Assembly: GCA_038321985.1 (NCBI GenBank)
Contig: JBBQFN010000003.1
Coordinates: forward strand, 192,001 to 256,000
Direction: 5' to 3'
DNA from: Cyanophyceae cyanobacterium
GTDB lineage: Bacteria; Cyanobacteriota; Cyanobacteriia; Cyanobacteriales; Laspinemataceae
Length of the DNA stretch: 64,000 bases
Shown here: positions 40,006-50,871 of the stretch, piece after piece
Layout: each line of letters opens with the position of its first letter
Numbering within the stretch: position 1 is the stretch's first letter
Translations under genes and position numbers: made by a program
Notes under the pieces: model-generated
The model's database searches: none
The model's input: the letters and a program-made list of their open reading frames with translations, nothing else
Told to the model about the DNA's origin: nothing

Positions 40006-42216
40006 ATGAGCTACTGTATCAACCCCTGCTGCCCCAGACCAGCAGACCCCTTAAATGTCAATAACCGCATTTGTCGCCAATGCGGTTCAGAACTTGTTGT
40101 GGCAGGACGCTATCGCATCGTGAAACTGCTGGGAACCGGCGGGTTTGGACAAACCTTTGAAGTAGACGATCGCGGGTTTTCCAAGGTTTTGAAAGTGCTC
40201 ACGGAACAAAATCCCAAAGCTATTACCTTATTTAAACAAGAAGCAGCGGTTCTACAACGCCTCAAACACCCGGGAATTCCCTCCGTAGAACCGGGGGGCT
40301 ATTTTACTTTTATTCCCCGATATAGCAAGAGTCCAGTTCACTGCCTGGTGATGGAAAAAATCCAGGGAGAAAATTTGGAGGAATGGTTAGGAAGTCGTCA
40401 CAATCAACCGATTACTCAAGAACAAGCCGTCGGGTGGTTATTGCAGCTTACAGAAATCTTACATCAAGTTCACAATCAGCAGTATTTCCATCGCGATATT
40501 AAACCCGCGAATATTATGCTCCGCGACCCCTCGCAAATCAAAGCATTGGGGACTGAACAATTAACTTTAATTGACTTTGGTTCGGCGCGGGAAGTCAGCG
40601 GGACATATCTAGCGAAAATGGCAGTCGGACAGCAAGGAACGGTGATTTCTTCTAAAGGATATGCGCCACCGGAACAGGAAAATGGGAAACCCGTTCCCCA
40701 GTCCGATTTCTTTGGGTTGGGTCGAACATTTGTGCAGTTACTCACTGGCAAACATCCCCTGAATTTTTATGACCCCCTCAATGATGAATTGCGCTGGCGA
40801 CAAGCAGCCCCTCATATTTCACCGAAATTAGCAGATTTTATTGATGAATTGATGGCGCGGTTACCGGGAAAACGCCCCCAAACTACTGAGGTGATTTTGC
40901 AACGGTTAGCCGAACTGGATTTAATATTACATTGTCCAGGAAAACGGAGAGGAAGTTTTACGGGGTCGAATTCCTCAAACCGAATATTAGCTAAGCTGGA
41001 ACAGTGGAAAATGCAATTGGTGCTGGGGGGAGGTGCGGTGCTGTTTGGAGCGGTTGCGGTGACCCAGGTGAATCTATATCGGTTTGGACTCTCTCCCTTA
41101 GGGAATGCTGGGGCAGTAGTAGAGCAATCTGCATCGGAGGTAACCCGGGATTCGGTGCCCGTCCCCAAGGATATTTCTGATCCTTCTGTTAATCCCTCGG
41201 TAAATTCTGCCCTAATTAAGACAGGTCAAGGCATAATATCCCGTTCTACACAGCCCGGAAATCGGCAATTATCCTCAACCCTTGCCGTTAATACTATTAA
41301 GTTATCCAATACTTTAACAGGACATTCCCAAGACGTGCGATCGGTGGCTGTGAGTCCGGATGGGATGGCGATCGCCTCGGGGAGTTTTGATGGAACAATT
41401 AAGATTTGGAATTTAGAAACCGGAGCTTTAATTCGCACCTTAACTGGACATTCTGATGCCGGAGAAATGGTCTCATCCGTGGCGATCGCTCCCAATGGAA
41501 CTCTCTTAGCTAGTAGTAGCAATGGGTACGGGGGAACGATTAAAATTTGGAATCTATCCACGGGAGAATTAATCTATACCCTTGTAGACCAACCTTCGGG
41601 CATTTCTTCCATTGCCATTAGTCCCGATAGCCAACTCCTCGCCAGTGGTTCCGAAGAGGGGAATATCCAATTGTGGAAACTGGACTCAGGAGAACCTCTG
41701 GGGATTTTTTCCGGTCATTTAGGCACAGTTTTTTCCGTAGTATTCAGTCCCGATGGCAAAACCCTGGCTAGTGGCTCCCAAGACGGTTCTATAAAATTAT
41801 GGGCGATCGCCAATCAACCCAGTGAATCCGGATTAGTACAAACTGAAAACCAGCAACTTTCGGGTCATGTTGGGACGGTGTTTTCTGTAGCGTTTAGTCC
41901 CAACGGGAAAATGCTGGCATCGGGCAGTGCAGATAATACAATTAAATTATGGGATCTCAGTAAAGGACAAGAAATGCGTTCGTTTTCGGGTCATGCTGGA
42001 ACCATGTTTTCCGTAGCCTTTAGTCCAGATGGGAACACTATCGCCGGAGGCACTTTAACGGGTCGAATTAAACTCTGGAATTTAGCCAGCGGCGAACTGG
42101 TAGAAACTCTTTCAGGACATTCGCGATGGGTAGAATCCATAGTCTTTAGTCCCGATGGAGATAGACTCGCTTCGGGCAGTGGAGATAGAACAATTCGGAT
42201 TTGGGGAATTCGCTAA
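40006..42216 (+). CDS. Ser/Thr protein kinase with N-terminal 4-Cys motif and C-terminal WD40 repeats
   Basis: MSYCINPCC..CRQCG, LGTGGFG, HRDIKPAN, LIDFG, GYAPPEQ, a TM segment, then 7 WD40 repeats. Confidence 0.93.
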   Translation: MSYCINPCCPRPADPLNVNNRICRQCGSELVVAGRYRIVKLLGTGGFGQTFEVDDRGFSKVLKVLTEQNPKAITLFKQEAAVLQRLKHPGIPSVEPGGYFTFIPRYSKSPVHCLVMEKIQGENLEEWLGSRHNQPITQEQAVGWLLQLTEILHQVHNQQYFHRDIKPANIMLRDPSQIKALGTEQLTLIDFGSAREVSGTYLAKMAVGQQGTVISSKGYAPPEQENGKPVPQSDFFGLGRTFVQLLTGKHPLNFYDPLNDELRWRQAAPHISPKLADFIDELMARLPGKRPQTTEVILQRLAELDLILHCPGKRRGSFTGSNSSNRILAKLEQWKMQLVLGGGAVLFGAVAVTQVNLYRFGLSPLGNAGAVVEQSASEVTRDSVPVPKDISDPSVNPSVNSALIKTGQGIISRSTQPGNRQLSSTLAVNTIKLSNTLTGHSQDVRSVAVSPDGMAIASGSFDGTIKIWNLETGALIRTLTGHSDAGEMVSSVAIAPNGTLLASSSNGYGGTIKIWNLSTGELIYTLVDQPSGISSIAISPDSQLLASGSEEGNIQLWKLDSGEPLGIFSGHLGTVFSVVFSPDGKTLASGSQDGSIKLWAIANQPSESGLVQTENQQLSGHVGTVFSVAFSPNGKMLASGSADNTIKLWDLSKGQEMRSFSGHAGTMFSVAFSPDGNTIAGGTLTGRIKLWNLASGELVETLSGHSRWVESIVFSPDGDRLASGSGDRTIRIWGIR

Positions 42217-42289
42217 TTTTGTAATAAATTTAACTGCACTGAGAAAGAAAATCTTTCATATTCGGATTTCTTCTGATATAAAAGTTAAA

Positions 42290-42475
42290 CTACGAGCGAT
42301 CGTCGCAGCGACGGCCATCGTGAAGGCCACAGTTTGAGGACTCAGCGGCAATCAGAACCTCAGCGGTGCGATCGGACTCAACCCCTTGCACCGAGAGAGA
42401 AGCAAGCCCAGCGACTCGCACAGCAACACCAGAAACCAGCAGGGTGAACAATAAGACTGAGGTGGATAAACGCAT
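42290..42475 (-). CDS. Small secreted peptide, PatX-like architecture with a non-canonical C-terminal motif
   Basis: 61 aa: signal peptide MRLSTSVLLFTLLVSGVAV, S-rich spacer, EVLIA, and C-terminal CGLHDGRRC. Confidence 0.55.
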   Translation of the reverse strand: MRLSTSVLLFTLLVSGVAVRVAGLASLSVQGVESDRTAEVLIAAESSNCGLHDGRRCDDRS

Positions 42476-42690
42476 GATGGACTTCCGTTTTAGATTGACT
42501 TTCTATAACGGAGAATAACGAAACCCACCTAGCGCCGTCTCCAAGAGTCGTGTCACTTTTCCAATCGTCTACCCCCTGCAACCCTTGTTTTAGAGAGGTT
42601 GTCCCTCCTGGCAACAGAGGGACTGTGCCATCTGGACAACTGGTTGTTAATTCTGGGTTAGGGGTGCTGGGTCCTTAAACGTCCTATAAA

Positions 42691-42736
42691 AAAGTCGGGG
42701 AGGTTCTGGAAATAATTCCAGCCCTTCCCCGACTTT
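42691..42736 (-). terminator. Terminator of ftsH
   Basis: Stem AAAGTCGGGGA ... TCCCCGACTTT with a T-run on the minus strand. Confidence 0.7.
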
Positions 42737-42796
42737 GAATTGTAGAGTTTTGATAGCTCTAAATTCTACAATTCATCATCCACAATCGATGGACAA

Positions 42797-44635
42797 TTAG
42801 GCGATCGCCGCCATCTTCACATCGCTGTTGGCTAACAAATCTTGCAATTCATCGGCATCTACGGTTTCTTTCTCAATCAAGAGTTGAGACAATCGATCCA
42901 GGACCAGACGGTTAGAAACCAGGACTTCCTTGGCGCGTCCGTAGGCTTGTTCGACTAGGTTGCGGACTTCATCATCAATCGCTGCGGCTGTTTCTTCAGA
43001 GAAGTCACGTTCCGCCATGATGTCCCGACCTAAGAACATATTGCCTTGCTGACGACCTAGGGCCACTGGACCGAGACGATCGCTCATGCCAAAGCGGGTC
43101 ACCATCTGCCGCGCTACCCGTGCCACCTGTTGCAAGTCATTGGAAGCACCCGTGGTTACTTCTTCCTCACCGAAGACAATTTCCTCAGCAATCCGACCAC
43201 CCAGGGCCACCGCCATCTGATTTTGCAGATAGGAACGGCTGTACAGACCTGAATCCATCCGTTCTTCGCTGGGGGTAAACCAAGTCAACCCACCCGCACG
43301 TCCCCGGGGAATAATACTGATTTTCTGTACCGGATCATAATCGGGCATCAAGGCACCGACTAAAGCATGACCCGCTTCGTGATAGGCAACCAGGGTTTTG
43401 CGTTTCTCGCTCATCACCCGGTCTTTTTTCTCGGGTCCAGCGAGGATGCGATCGATGGCATCGTTGATTTCATCCATCGAAATTTCCGTCAAATTGCGCC
43501 GCGCTGCGAGAATGGCTGCTTCGTTAAGCAGGTTAGCCAGGTCAGCACCGGTGAAACCGGGAGTCCGACGGGCAATTTTTTCTAGGTCCACATCCTTCGC
43601 CAGAGTCTTACCGCGAGCGTGGACGTTGAGGATTTCCCGACGACCCGCATAGTCAGGGCGATCGACCACCACCTGGCGATCGAAACGACCCGGACGCAAT
43701 AAAGCAGCATCAAGAACATCGGGACGGTTTGTCGCGGCAATAATAATGATGCCCGTGTTGCCTTCAAACCCATCCATTTCTGTTAGGAGTTGGTTGAGGG
43801 TTTGTTCACGCTCATCGTTGCCACCGCCTAAACCAGCGCCTCTTTGACGACCTACGGCGTCAATTTCATCGATAAAGACGATACAGGGAGCGTTAGATTT
43901 GGCTTGTTCAAACAAATCTCGAACGCGAGAGGCACCGACGCCGACAAACATTTCGACGAATTCCGAGCCAGAGATGGAAAAGAAAGGAACTCCAGCTTCC
44001 CCAGCAACTGCTTTCGCCAACAGGGTTTTGCCGGTTCCCGGAGGGCCAACTAATAGGACACCTTTGGGAATTTTGGCACCAACCGCAGTAAAGCGATCGG
44101 CATTTTTTAGGAAGTCTACGACCTCGCTTAGTTCTAGCTTGGCTTGTTCAATCCCTGCTACATCCCCGAAGGTGACTTGAGTTTGGGGTTCCATTTGCAC
44201 CCGCGCTTTAGATTTGCCAAAGTTCATCGCTTGGGAACCGGGGCCATTTTGAGCACGACGGAGCAAGAAGACTAAGCCAACTAACAGCAGAACAGGGAAG
44301 AATAAGCTACTGAGCGCTTTGAACCAGAAGCCTTCGTCACCTTGAGGTGATACTTCAATATTGACGCGGTGTTGAGTTAGGATATCGATCAGTTCCGGAT
44401 CGTTGGGTAGATTGACTACAACCTTTTTGCCATCCTGAGCAGTGACTAAAGCTCGGGTGCGATCGGAACTAATGCTTACCTTATCAATGCGATTGTTTTG
44501 AACTTCCTGGATAAACTGACTGTAGCGCCAGGTTTCCTTATTTGGTGTTTGCTTTTCAAAAAATGTCGTTGCCAATACGATGACAACGATCGCCAGCATT
44601 GCGTATAGTCCGGCGTTTCTCCATTTTTTATTCAC
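42797..44635 (-). CDS. ftsH: ATP-dependent zinc metalloprotease FtsH (FtsH3-type N-terminus)
   Basis: [40 protein letters not shown]. Confidence 0.97.
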   Translation of the reverse strand: MNKKWRNAGLYAMLAIVVIVLATTFFEKQTPNKETWRYSQFIQEVQNNRIDKVSISSDRTRALVTAQDGKKVVVNLPNDPELIDILTQHRVNIEVSPQGDEGFWFKALSSLFFPVLLLVGLVFLLRRAQNGPGSQAMNFGKSKARVQMEPQTQVTFGDVAGIEQAKLELSEVVDFLKNADRFTAVGAKIPKGVLLVGPPGTGKTLLAKAVAGEAGVPFFSISGSEFVEMFVGVGASRVRDLFEQAKSNAPCIVFIDEIDAVGRQRGAGLGGGNDEREQTLNQLLTEMDGFEGNTGIIIIAATNRPDVLDAALLRPGRFDRQVVVDRPDYAGRREILNVHARGKTLAKDVDLEKIARRTPGFTGADLANLLNEAAILAARRNLTEISMDEINDAIDRILAGPEKKDRVMSEKRKTLVAYHEAGHALVGALMPDYDPVQKISIIPRGRAGGLTWFTPSEERMDSGLYSRSYLQNQMAVALGGRIAEEIVFGEEEVTTGASNDLQQVARVARQMVTRFGMSDRLGPVALGRQQGNMFLGRDIMAERDFSEETAAAIDDEVRNLVEQAYGRAKEVLVSNRLVLDRLSQLLIEKETVDADELQDLLANSDVKMAAIA

Positions 44636-44713
44636 CAGCGGTCCTCCTAGTTCTGGATTGGGGGGTATTTGGGTTATTTTTATTCGACTCTGTTAACTAA
44701 TGTTAACGTATTA

Positions 44714-45526
44714 TCAGAATTTGCGGGGCAGGTGGTAGAGGAAAAGCTCGCGCAATTGGCTAAACCCTTGATGGGAGGGGAGATAGGCCATAAATTGGTT
44801 TTCTGAGAAGACTTCACAGATGGGGATGACTTCTACTACACTGTTGCTATAAGCCAAGGCTTCAAACCCGCTCACTACCTCCGTTGTCCAGGGTTCCAGG
44901 ATAGCTGGATGACCTTGAGCCTCTAGCCAGTTCAAAAGCTGCGATCGCATTACTCCGGGTAAAATCCCCACCTCTATAGGTGGTGTCCACCACCGCCCCT
45001 CCCGCCATCCCCAAAGATTCCCCGTACTCGTTTCCAACCAATTCCCCTGACCATCTACTAGGATAGCCTCCTGACAACCCTGCCGTTGAGCCGCTTGCAG
45101 CGCCAACCAGGAGGAAAGATAGTTGCCCGTTTTATGAGTCGGGAGCGATCGCATAAACAAAGAATCCGCCGCCACCCAAGCCCTAACCCCAACCCCTTGA
45201 CGAATCGCTAACTCCTGTGGTAAAATTCGCCCTATAATTAATTCTCTCCCATCCGGGAAAATAGCAATCCGCAGCACCGGCCACTGTACCATCATCAACT
45301 CCGCCCCCTCCCGCACTCGCTGCCAATCTGGTTCAGCCCACTGGAAGGGTTCCAGAGAAGATTTTAATCGCTGACAGTGCTCCTGCCATGCCGTCAGGGG
45401 AGAGTCTAAGGATTGCTCATAAACCCGTAGAGTGGTGAACACAGTGGCACCATAGAGGAGAGCCGGGTCAGTAACTGATAGTTCGAGGGTGCTAGAGTCC
45501 TGGAAACTGCCGTTATAGAAGAACAT
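44714..45526 (-). CDS. Aminotransferase class IV (4-amino-4-deoxychorismate lyase-like)
   Basis: LYGATVFTTLRV, HKTGNY, ETSTGNL, GILPGVMR. Confidence 0.85.
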   Translation of the reverse strand: MFFYNGSFQDSSTLELSVTDPALLYGATVFTTLRVYEQSLDSPLTAWQEHCQRLKSSLEPFQWAEPDWQRVREGAELMMVQWPVLRIAIFPDGRELIIGRILPQELAIRQGVGVRAWVAADSLFMRSLPTHKTGNYLSSWLALQAAQRQGCQEAILVDGQGNWLETSTGNLWGWREGRWWTPPIEVGILPGVMRSQLLNWLEAQGHPAILEPWTTEVVSGFEALAYSNSVVEVIPICEVFSENQFMAYLPSHQGFSQLRELFLYHLPRKF

Positions 45527-45895
45527 AAGAGTTTTTCAAAGGAAAGTTAGTTAAATTTTAGTTAAGGGGGCGATCGCTTTTCCCGAACAGTTGGGCATCG
45601 TGATTCTAAAATATAAATAAATTGAGACAGGAAAAACTCTCCTTGAAGGATGCTAAATGATTTAAAAAATAAAGTTTATCCTCCCTATTCTGGAAACGGA
45701 GTAAGGCCCTTCCTACTCATAAAATCAATTATCATAATTATTGAAACCCCCTCTCATAGAGCGATATTCCCGGGTTGACATTCAGGGCTTAAGCGTGGAA
45801 TTATCCTAGAGTCAGGATGTAACTTGAACTCAATAGAATTAGCCGCGCTCTTATAGAAAAATAACCTAAACTAAATACAATAAATATCAATAAAC

Positions 45896-48181
45896 ATGAA
45901 ATGTAATATTTGTAAATCACCCATGAGTCACTTTGCTTCCAGCAAAGTTCTGAACAAATATGATATTGATTACTTTCAATGTACAAATTGTGGATTTGTA
46001 AAAACTGAAGAACCTTACTGGCTTGATGAAGCTTACTCTAGTCCAATCGCAAAAAGCGATGTAGGATTGGTAAGGAGAAACTTGAGCTGCTCTAACCTAA
46101 CCAGTTGTCTAATCGCTCATTTATTTAACAGAGAAGGCCGATTTTTAGATTATGGCTGCGGGTATGGATTATTCGTTAGATTAATGAGAGATGCAGGCTT
46201 TGATTTTTATGGATACGACAAATTTTGTGATAACTTATTTTATCATGGGTTTGAAGCCCAAGAAGATGCTAATGAGACCTATGATTTAGTGACTGCTTTT
46301 GAGGTTTTTGAGCATTTTGTCGAACCACAGACAGAGCTTCAAAATATTTTGAAATTTTCAAAAAACATCTTATTCAGTACCGAATTATTGCCTCCCAACA
46401 ACCCTAAACCCACAGAATGGTGGTACTATGTTCCGAATGAAGGACAGCATATTTCCATATATACTTCAAAGTCTTTAGCGTTATTAGCTAAAGACTTTGA
46501 CTTAAATTTATATACTATGGGTTCATCATTTCATTTATTAACCGCCGAGAAAATTTCCATAGATATACTAAATTCTGCCCTATGCGAAGAGCTTGAAGGC
46601 TCTTTAATTTTTAAACAAGTTAAAATTACTCTAGATGAAGGGGGTGAATTTAAGGTAAACCCCAAAACTTCCGGAAATATTGTAACAGTAAGTCTTGATG
46701 TTCAGGATAATAATTCACCCTCTCTTAAAATACTTATTGATGGTGTATTTTTTCAGCTATATAACACGGGAATTGCCCGGGTGTGGCGCTCTTTACTGGA
46801 ACAATGGAGTACCACAGATTTTGCTAAAAAAATAGTAGTTCTTGATCGAGGGGGAACTGCTCCAAAAATCCCTGGAATTGAATATCGCCTTGTGTCCCGT
46901 TACGACTATAGCAAAAGCCCTATAGATCGCGAAATGCTTCAACAGATATGCAATGAACAAAGGGCAGATTTATTTATTTCAAGTTACTATACAACCCCTG
47001 TATCTACTCCCTCTGTGTTCATGGCCTATGATATGATTCCAGAGGTATTAGGGGGAGATTGCAATGAACCGATGTGGCGAGAAAAGCACTACGCCATTGA
47101 AAAGGCTTCGACTTACATTGCCATTTCTCATAACACAGCTCGGGATTTAGCTGAATTATTTCCCGAGATTGTTTTACCGTCTATAACCGTAGCTCATTGT
47201 GGCGTAGACCAGGAATTTCACCCATCAGATTCTCAAGAAGTGAATAGCTTTAAACATAAGTACGGAATTTTAAAGCCCTACTTTTTGCTAGTAGGAATCC
47301 ATAACAGCTATAAAAATGGCAGTTTATTTTTTAACGCTTTTTCTAAACTGGCGACTAAGCAAGGCTTTGATGTAGTCTGTACCGGCAGAAACGGATTGAT
47401 GTTAGAAGCGGAATTCAGAAAGCATACGTTTGGAGTTATGGTTCATCTATTGCAACTTGAAGAGCATGAACTCAGAGCAGCTTATTCCGGTGCAGTGGCA
47501 TTAGTTTATCCGTCACAGTATGAAGGATTTGGCTTACCCATTCTGGAAGCATTGGCCTGTGGATGTCCTGTGATTACTTGTCCAAATGCATCTATACCCG
47601 AGGTGGGAGGAGAAGCAGTCCTTTATGTGAATGATCAAGATGTGGATGGATTAGCAAATGCACTTTGCGAGGTACAGAAGCCAGAAGGCCGGAACTCATT
47701 GATTGCGGCAGGACTTGATCAGGCGAAAAAGTTTACTTGGTCATCAATGGCGAATCAAGTGCGTTTGGCATTGATTAACGCAACTCTGCTCAATTTAAAC
47801 CTGAGAGAGATTAATTTCATTATTTTTCCGAATTGGTCTGCCCCAGAGGAATCTCTAAGTTTAGACTTGGCAAAAATCATAATTGCTCTTGCCAATCATC
47901 CCGGACCGGATCAGATAACATTGTTAATCAACATCGATAATATTGAGGAAGAGAATGCTGCACTTTTATTATCTGGCCTGGTCATGAATTTGTTTATGGA
48001 AGAAGATTTAGATGTCACTGAGGGACCAGAAATTTCCCTGTTTGGACAACTAGATGCTATGCAATGGTCAGTATTGTTGCCTCAGTTAGCCGGTCGAATC
48101 ATAATTGAAAATGAAAATGCTGAGGCGATCGCTGCATTAGGGGTAGGGGTTAACAGTCTTCCTATCTACCCACCCGATTAA
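45896..48181 (+). CDS. Fusion of class I SAM methyltransferase, GT4 glycosyltransferase and a C-terminal domain of unknown function
   Basis: CNIC..CTNC Zn motif, [15 protein letters not shown]; then [36 protein letters not shown]; tail [12 protein letters not shown]. Confidence 0.88.
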   Translation: MKCNICKSPMSHFASSKVLNKYDIDYFQCTNCGFVKTEEPYWLDEAYSSPIAKSDVGLVRRNLSCSNLTSCLIAHLFNREGRFLDYGCGYGLFVRLMRDAGFDFYGYDKFCDNLFYHGFEAQEDANETYDLVTAFEVFEHFVEPQTELQNILKFSKNILFSTELLPPNNPKPTEWWYYVPNEGQHISIYTSKSLALLAKDFDLNLYTMGSSFHLLTAEKISIDILNSALCEELEGSLIFKQVKITLDEGGEFKVNPKTSGNIVTVSLDVQDNNSPSLKILIDGVFFQLYNTGIARVWRSLLEQWSTTDFAKKIVVLDRGGTAPKIPGIEYRLVSRYDYSKSPIDREMLQQICNEQRADLFISSYYTTPVSTPSVFMAYDMIPEVLGGDCNEPMWREKHYAIEKASTYIAISHNTARDLAELFPEIVLPSITVAHCGVDQEFHPSDSQEVNSFKHKYGILKPYFLLVGIHNSYKNGSLFFNAFSKLATKQGFDVVCTGRNGLMLEAEFRKHTFGVMVHLLQLEEHELRAAYSGAVALVYPSQYEGFGLPILEALACGCPVITCPNASIPEVGGEAVLYVNDQDVDGLANALCEVQKPEGRNSLIAAGLDQAKKFTWSSMANQVRLALINATLLNLNLREINFIIFPNWSAPEESLSLDLAKIIIALANHPGPDQITLLINIDNIEEENAALLLSGLVMNLFMEEDLDVTEGPEISLFGQLDAMQWSVLLPQLAGRIIIENENAEAIAALGVGVNSLPIYPPD

Positions 48182-48191
48182 TCTTCACTCT

Positions 48192-50411
48192 TTACTGGCC
48201 CCATTGGATTTGCCACATCTGCTGATAAGCGTTCTCCATTTCCCTTGTAAACTTTTGTGCATTCCATAAGGGAGAGCTTTGCCGAGATCGCCGCATTCGC
48301 CACGATATTTCTTCCCTTAGCGTGGCATCAGTCCCTAAACGAATTCCCCATTCTACATAGTCCTCATCCGTCCAAGCAATCCCCTCGGTTACACCGACAT
48401 TCATCATCATCGTATAACTATTGCGGGCTGCAAATTGCTCTCCTACCCGAGTTACCAGGGGAATACCCATCCATAAAGTTTCTAGGGTTGTCGTCGCGCC
48501 ATTGTACGGATAGGTGTCCAGGACGACATCGGCGATGCCTAAATTAGCGCGGTGAATTTCCTCCGAGGCAACCGGGGGTAAAAATCGGAGGCGATCGCAC
48601 TCAACTCCTTCTTCTTCTGCCAATTGATAAAAGAACCTTTGAATCGATTCTTCCTCCGCCAAACCTTTAATTAAAAAGTAGCTATTCGGCACAGCTTTGA
48701 TAATCTGCATTTGCAGTTTAGCGGTATCAGGGTGTCGTTTATAACCTCTCTGTCCGGTATAATAAATCATTGCATTAGCTGGAATATCTAATAAATCGCG
48801 CCGTAGTGTCGGTATGCCCACCTCAAATCCATCTACTGCAATATAAGTTTGAGGTAACCGCCAGATTTTTTCGGCATAGTAATTTTGAGCCGAGTCAGGT
48901 AGAACGTAAGGATCTGCGATAAAGTAATCGACAGCAGGTAACCCGGAAGCATCCCACCCCAGCCAAGTGACTTGAATTGGAGCCGGTTTGAGCGATTTTA
49001 CTTCACCCGTAAAATCCAACGTCAGGCTATCCAGATCAATGAGAATATCAATTTCATCCTGATAAATTTGTTCAGCGATCGCCAAGCTATTGCTGTTCAA
49101 TGTATGGGCGGAGTCAACCTGAGTGATATACCATTCCTGTAAAGCGTCCCCCCGAGGTTTATAGCCCACAAAATACCCATAAATCTCAAACTGAGTGCGA
49201 TCGTGATATTGAAATAGCCATCGTGCTAACCACCCGACTGAATGACTTCTTAAATCTTGCGATAGATATCCAATTTTTAAAGCTCTGGGTCTCTCTCTTC
49301 CGTGATTCTTCCTTCGAGAACTGTACCGTTCTGCTTCTTCTTGAGCATAAATTTGAGTATTAAGTTGGCACAGTCTAGCAATTTGATTCTGAATTGTCTT
49401 AGTATGTTGTGGTTTATCTCGAAAGTAGGGAAAAAAGAACGTGGCATTAAAAAGACGGGAAACGGGAACCGGATGCAGGTTTAGCGGTTGTTGTTCTATC
49501 AGCATTAAAAGCAGAGACTCGTACTCGTCTAAAGCATGACTCGCTTCATCCCAGTACCCACCCGCACTCATCAGTCCCCTGAGTACCAATTGCATTCCAA
49601 AAATCCGATCCGGGAGGGAGCTCATCAAAGAATAAAACTGTTTTGCTTTTTCTATCCCTTGGGTGTAATTGCCCGCATCTTGGTAAAACGTTGCCAGATG
49701 CTGCAAAACCTCCGGATTAAAGCTATCTATTCTTAAACATAACTCAGCAAACCCGATGGCTTGTTGGGGTTGATGCCTAGAGTAGCCTACATCCTTTGCC
49801 GTTTGTAGCAAGACTTGCATAAAATCAGGATCCTGCTGGAGATGAATCGTGCAAACCGTTGCCAATTTTAGAGATGAAGGATGCAGGGGAACAGTGTTCA
49901 GACAATTTTTTAATACGGACAATAGTAAATCTGAGGGAATACTCCCTACTGGTTGCTCTTCCACCAGTTCTAAAACATCCCAATCAGGGAGATCTTCTCC
50001 CGTGAATTTGTCTAATGCTATGGTTAATTGAATTAAACCCAACAAGTTATTTATCTGTGTGGGGCAAATTTCTCGAATATGTCCCCGAATCAACCAAGCT
50101 ACAGAATAATCTTCTTGGGTTTCTCGTCGTTTGGCTTCCGTTTCCAGAATTTGTAAGAGTTCACCAGTCCATGTTTCGATTTCTTCCGGTTCTCCCTCCA
50201 TCATTGCCAATAGCCAAGTGGTCTGGGCTTCCATCTCTTGACCTTGCAATAGTAAAGTTAACCCAAAATACCAATAGTGGGACTTCACATCAGATTCAGT
50301 CTTGATTAATTCTTGATAAAATTCGGCAGCCTCTCTATAACTCCCTTCCGTTAAATATTTTTTTGCTTGCTGCTGCCCTTCTTCAGGATTGTTTAGGGAA
50401 TTGTTAGGCAT
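48192..50411 (-). CDS. O-linked GlcNAc transferase, SPINDLY/GT41 family (OgtA-like)
   Basis: TPR-like N-terminus; LKIGYLS..HSVG, DILIDLDS, PAPIQVTWLG, LDTYPYNGATTTLETLWMGIPLVT. Confidence 0.92.
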   Translation of the reverse strand: MPNNSLNNPEEGQQQAKKYLTEGSYREAAEFYQELIKTESDVKSHYWYFGLTLLLQGQEMEAQTTWLLAMMEGEPEEIETWTGELLQILETEAKRRETQEDYSVAWLIRGHIREICPTQINNLLGLIQLTIALDKFTGEDLPDWDVLELVEEQPVGSIPSDLLLSVLKNCLNTVPLHPSSLKLATVCTIHLQQDPDFMQVLLQTAKDVGYSRHQPQQAIGFAELCLRIDSFNPEVLQHLATFYQDAGNYTQGIEKAKQFYSLMSSLPDRIFGMQLVLRGLMSAGGYWDEASHALDEYESLLLMLIEQQPLNLHPVPVSRLFNATFFFPYFRDKPQHTKTIQNQIARLCQLNTQIYAQEEAERYSSRRKNHGRERPRALKIGYLSQDLRSHSVGWLARWLFQYHDRTQFEIYGYFVGYKPRGDALQEWYITQVDSAHTLNSNSLAIAEQIYQDEIDILIDLDSLTLDFTGEVKSLKPAPIQVTWLGWDASGLPAVDYFIADPYVLPDSAQNYYAEKIWRLPQTYIAVDGFEVGIPTLRRDLLDIPANAMIYYTGQRGYKRHPDTAKLQMQIIKAVPNSYFLIKGLAEEESIQRFFYQLAEEEGVECDRLRFLPPVASEEIHRANLGIADVVLDTYPYNGATTTLETLWMGIPLVTRVGEQFAARNSYTMMMNVGVTEGIAWTDEDYVEWGIRLGTDATLREEISWRMRRSRQSSPLWNAQKFTREMENAYQQMWQIQWGQ

Positions 50412-50550
50412 TTTAAAAAGAAATAATAACGATAATTTTCTCGCTCTATCTGTAGCTTAGAGATGTCCATAAAAACTTCTGCATTTAAGCGTAGGTTATA
50501 AAAACCCAGTTTTTAACAATCTTCTTGGCTAAAATCTTCGAGTTATCTAA

Positions 50551-50651
50551 GGGATTTCCATAAAAATAATGGGGCATTAAAGGTCTCAAAGCCCCCCTTA
50601 GTAAGGGGGGTTGGGGGGATCTCCCCTAGGACTTTATTTTTTGGAGTTCCC
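50551..50651. mobile_element. Putative 101-bp MITE with imperfect TIRs and TAA target duplication
   Basis: TAA|GGGATTTCCATAAAAATA ... TATTTTTTGGAGTTCCC|TAA; contains CCCCCCTTAGTAAGGGGGG and interrupts an AGAAACC/GTTTCT repeat pair. Confidence 0.55.
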
Positions 50652-50783
50652 TAAGAAACCCCGTTTCTTAAGCAGAAACTTTATTTTTGAGAGTTAAAAC
50701 CCTATTACACGCTATTATTATAAACTAAACTGTTCTGTAGACAACGGTTGTTTAAAGGGTGTTTCCTATATACAGTTAAACAA

Positions 50784-50813
50784 TAGGAGTAGTGCTAGAT
50801 TGCACTACTCCTA
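50784..50813 (-). terminator. Terminator of the pilin gene
   Basis: Perfect 12-bp stem TAGGAGTAGTGC-TAGATT-GCACTACTCCTA. Confidence 0.75.
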
Positions 50814-50871
50814 ATTATTACATTATTTAGATCGTGGATCTTACAACACAACCCCGGTAATTTAACTGTTA

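Noticed and set aside
45718..45745. Fur-box-like AT-rich sequence (AATCAATTATCATAATTATT)
   Set aside because: Weak match in very AT-rich DNA, and the neighbouring genes have no iron link.
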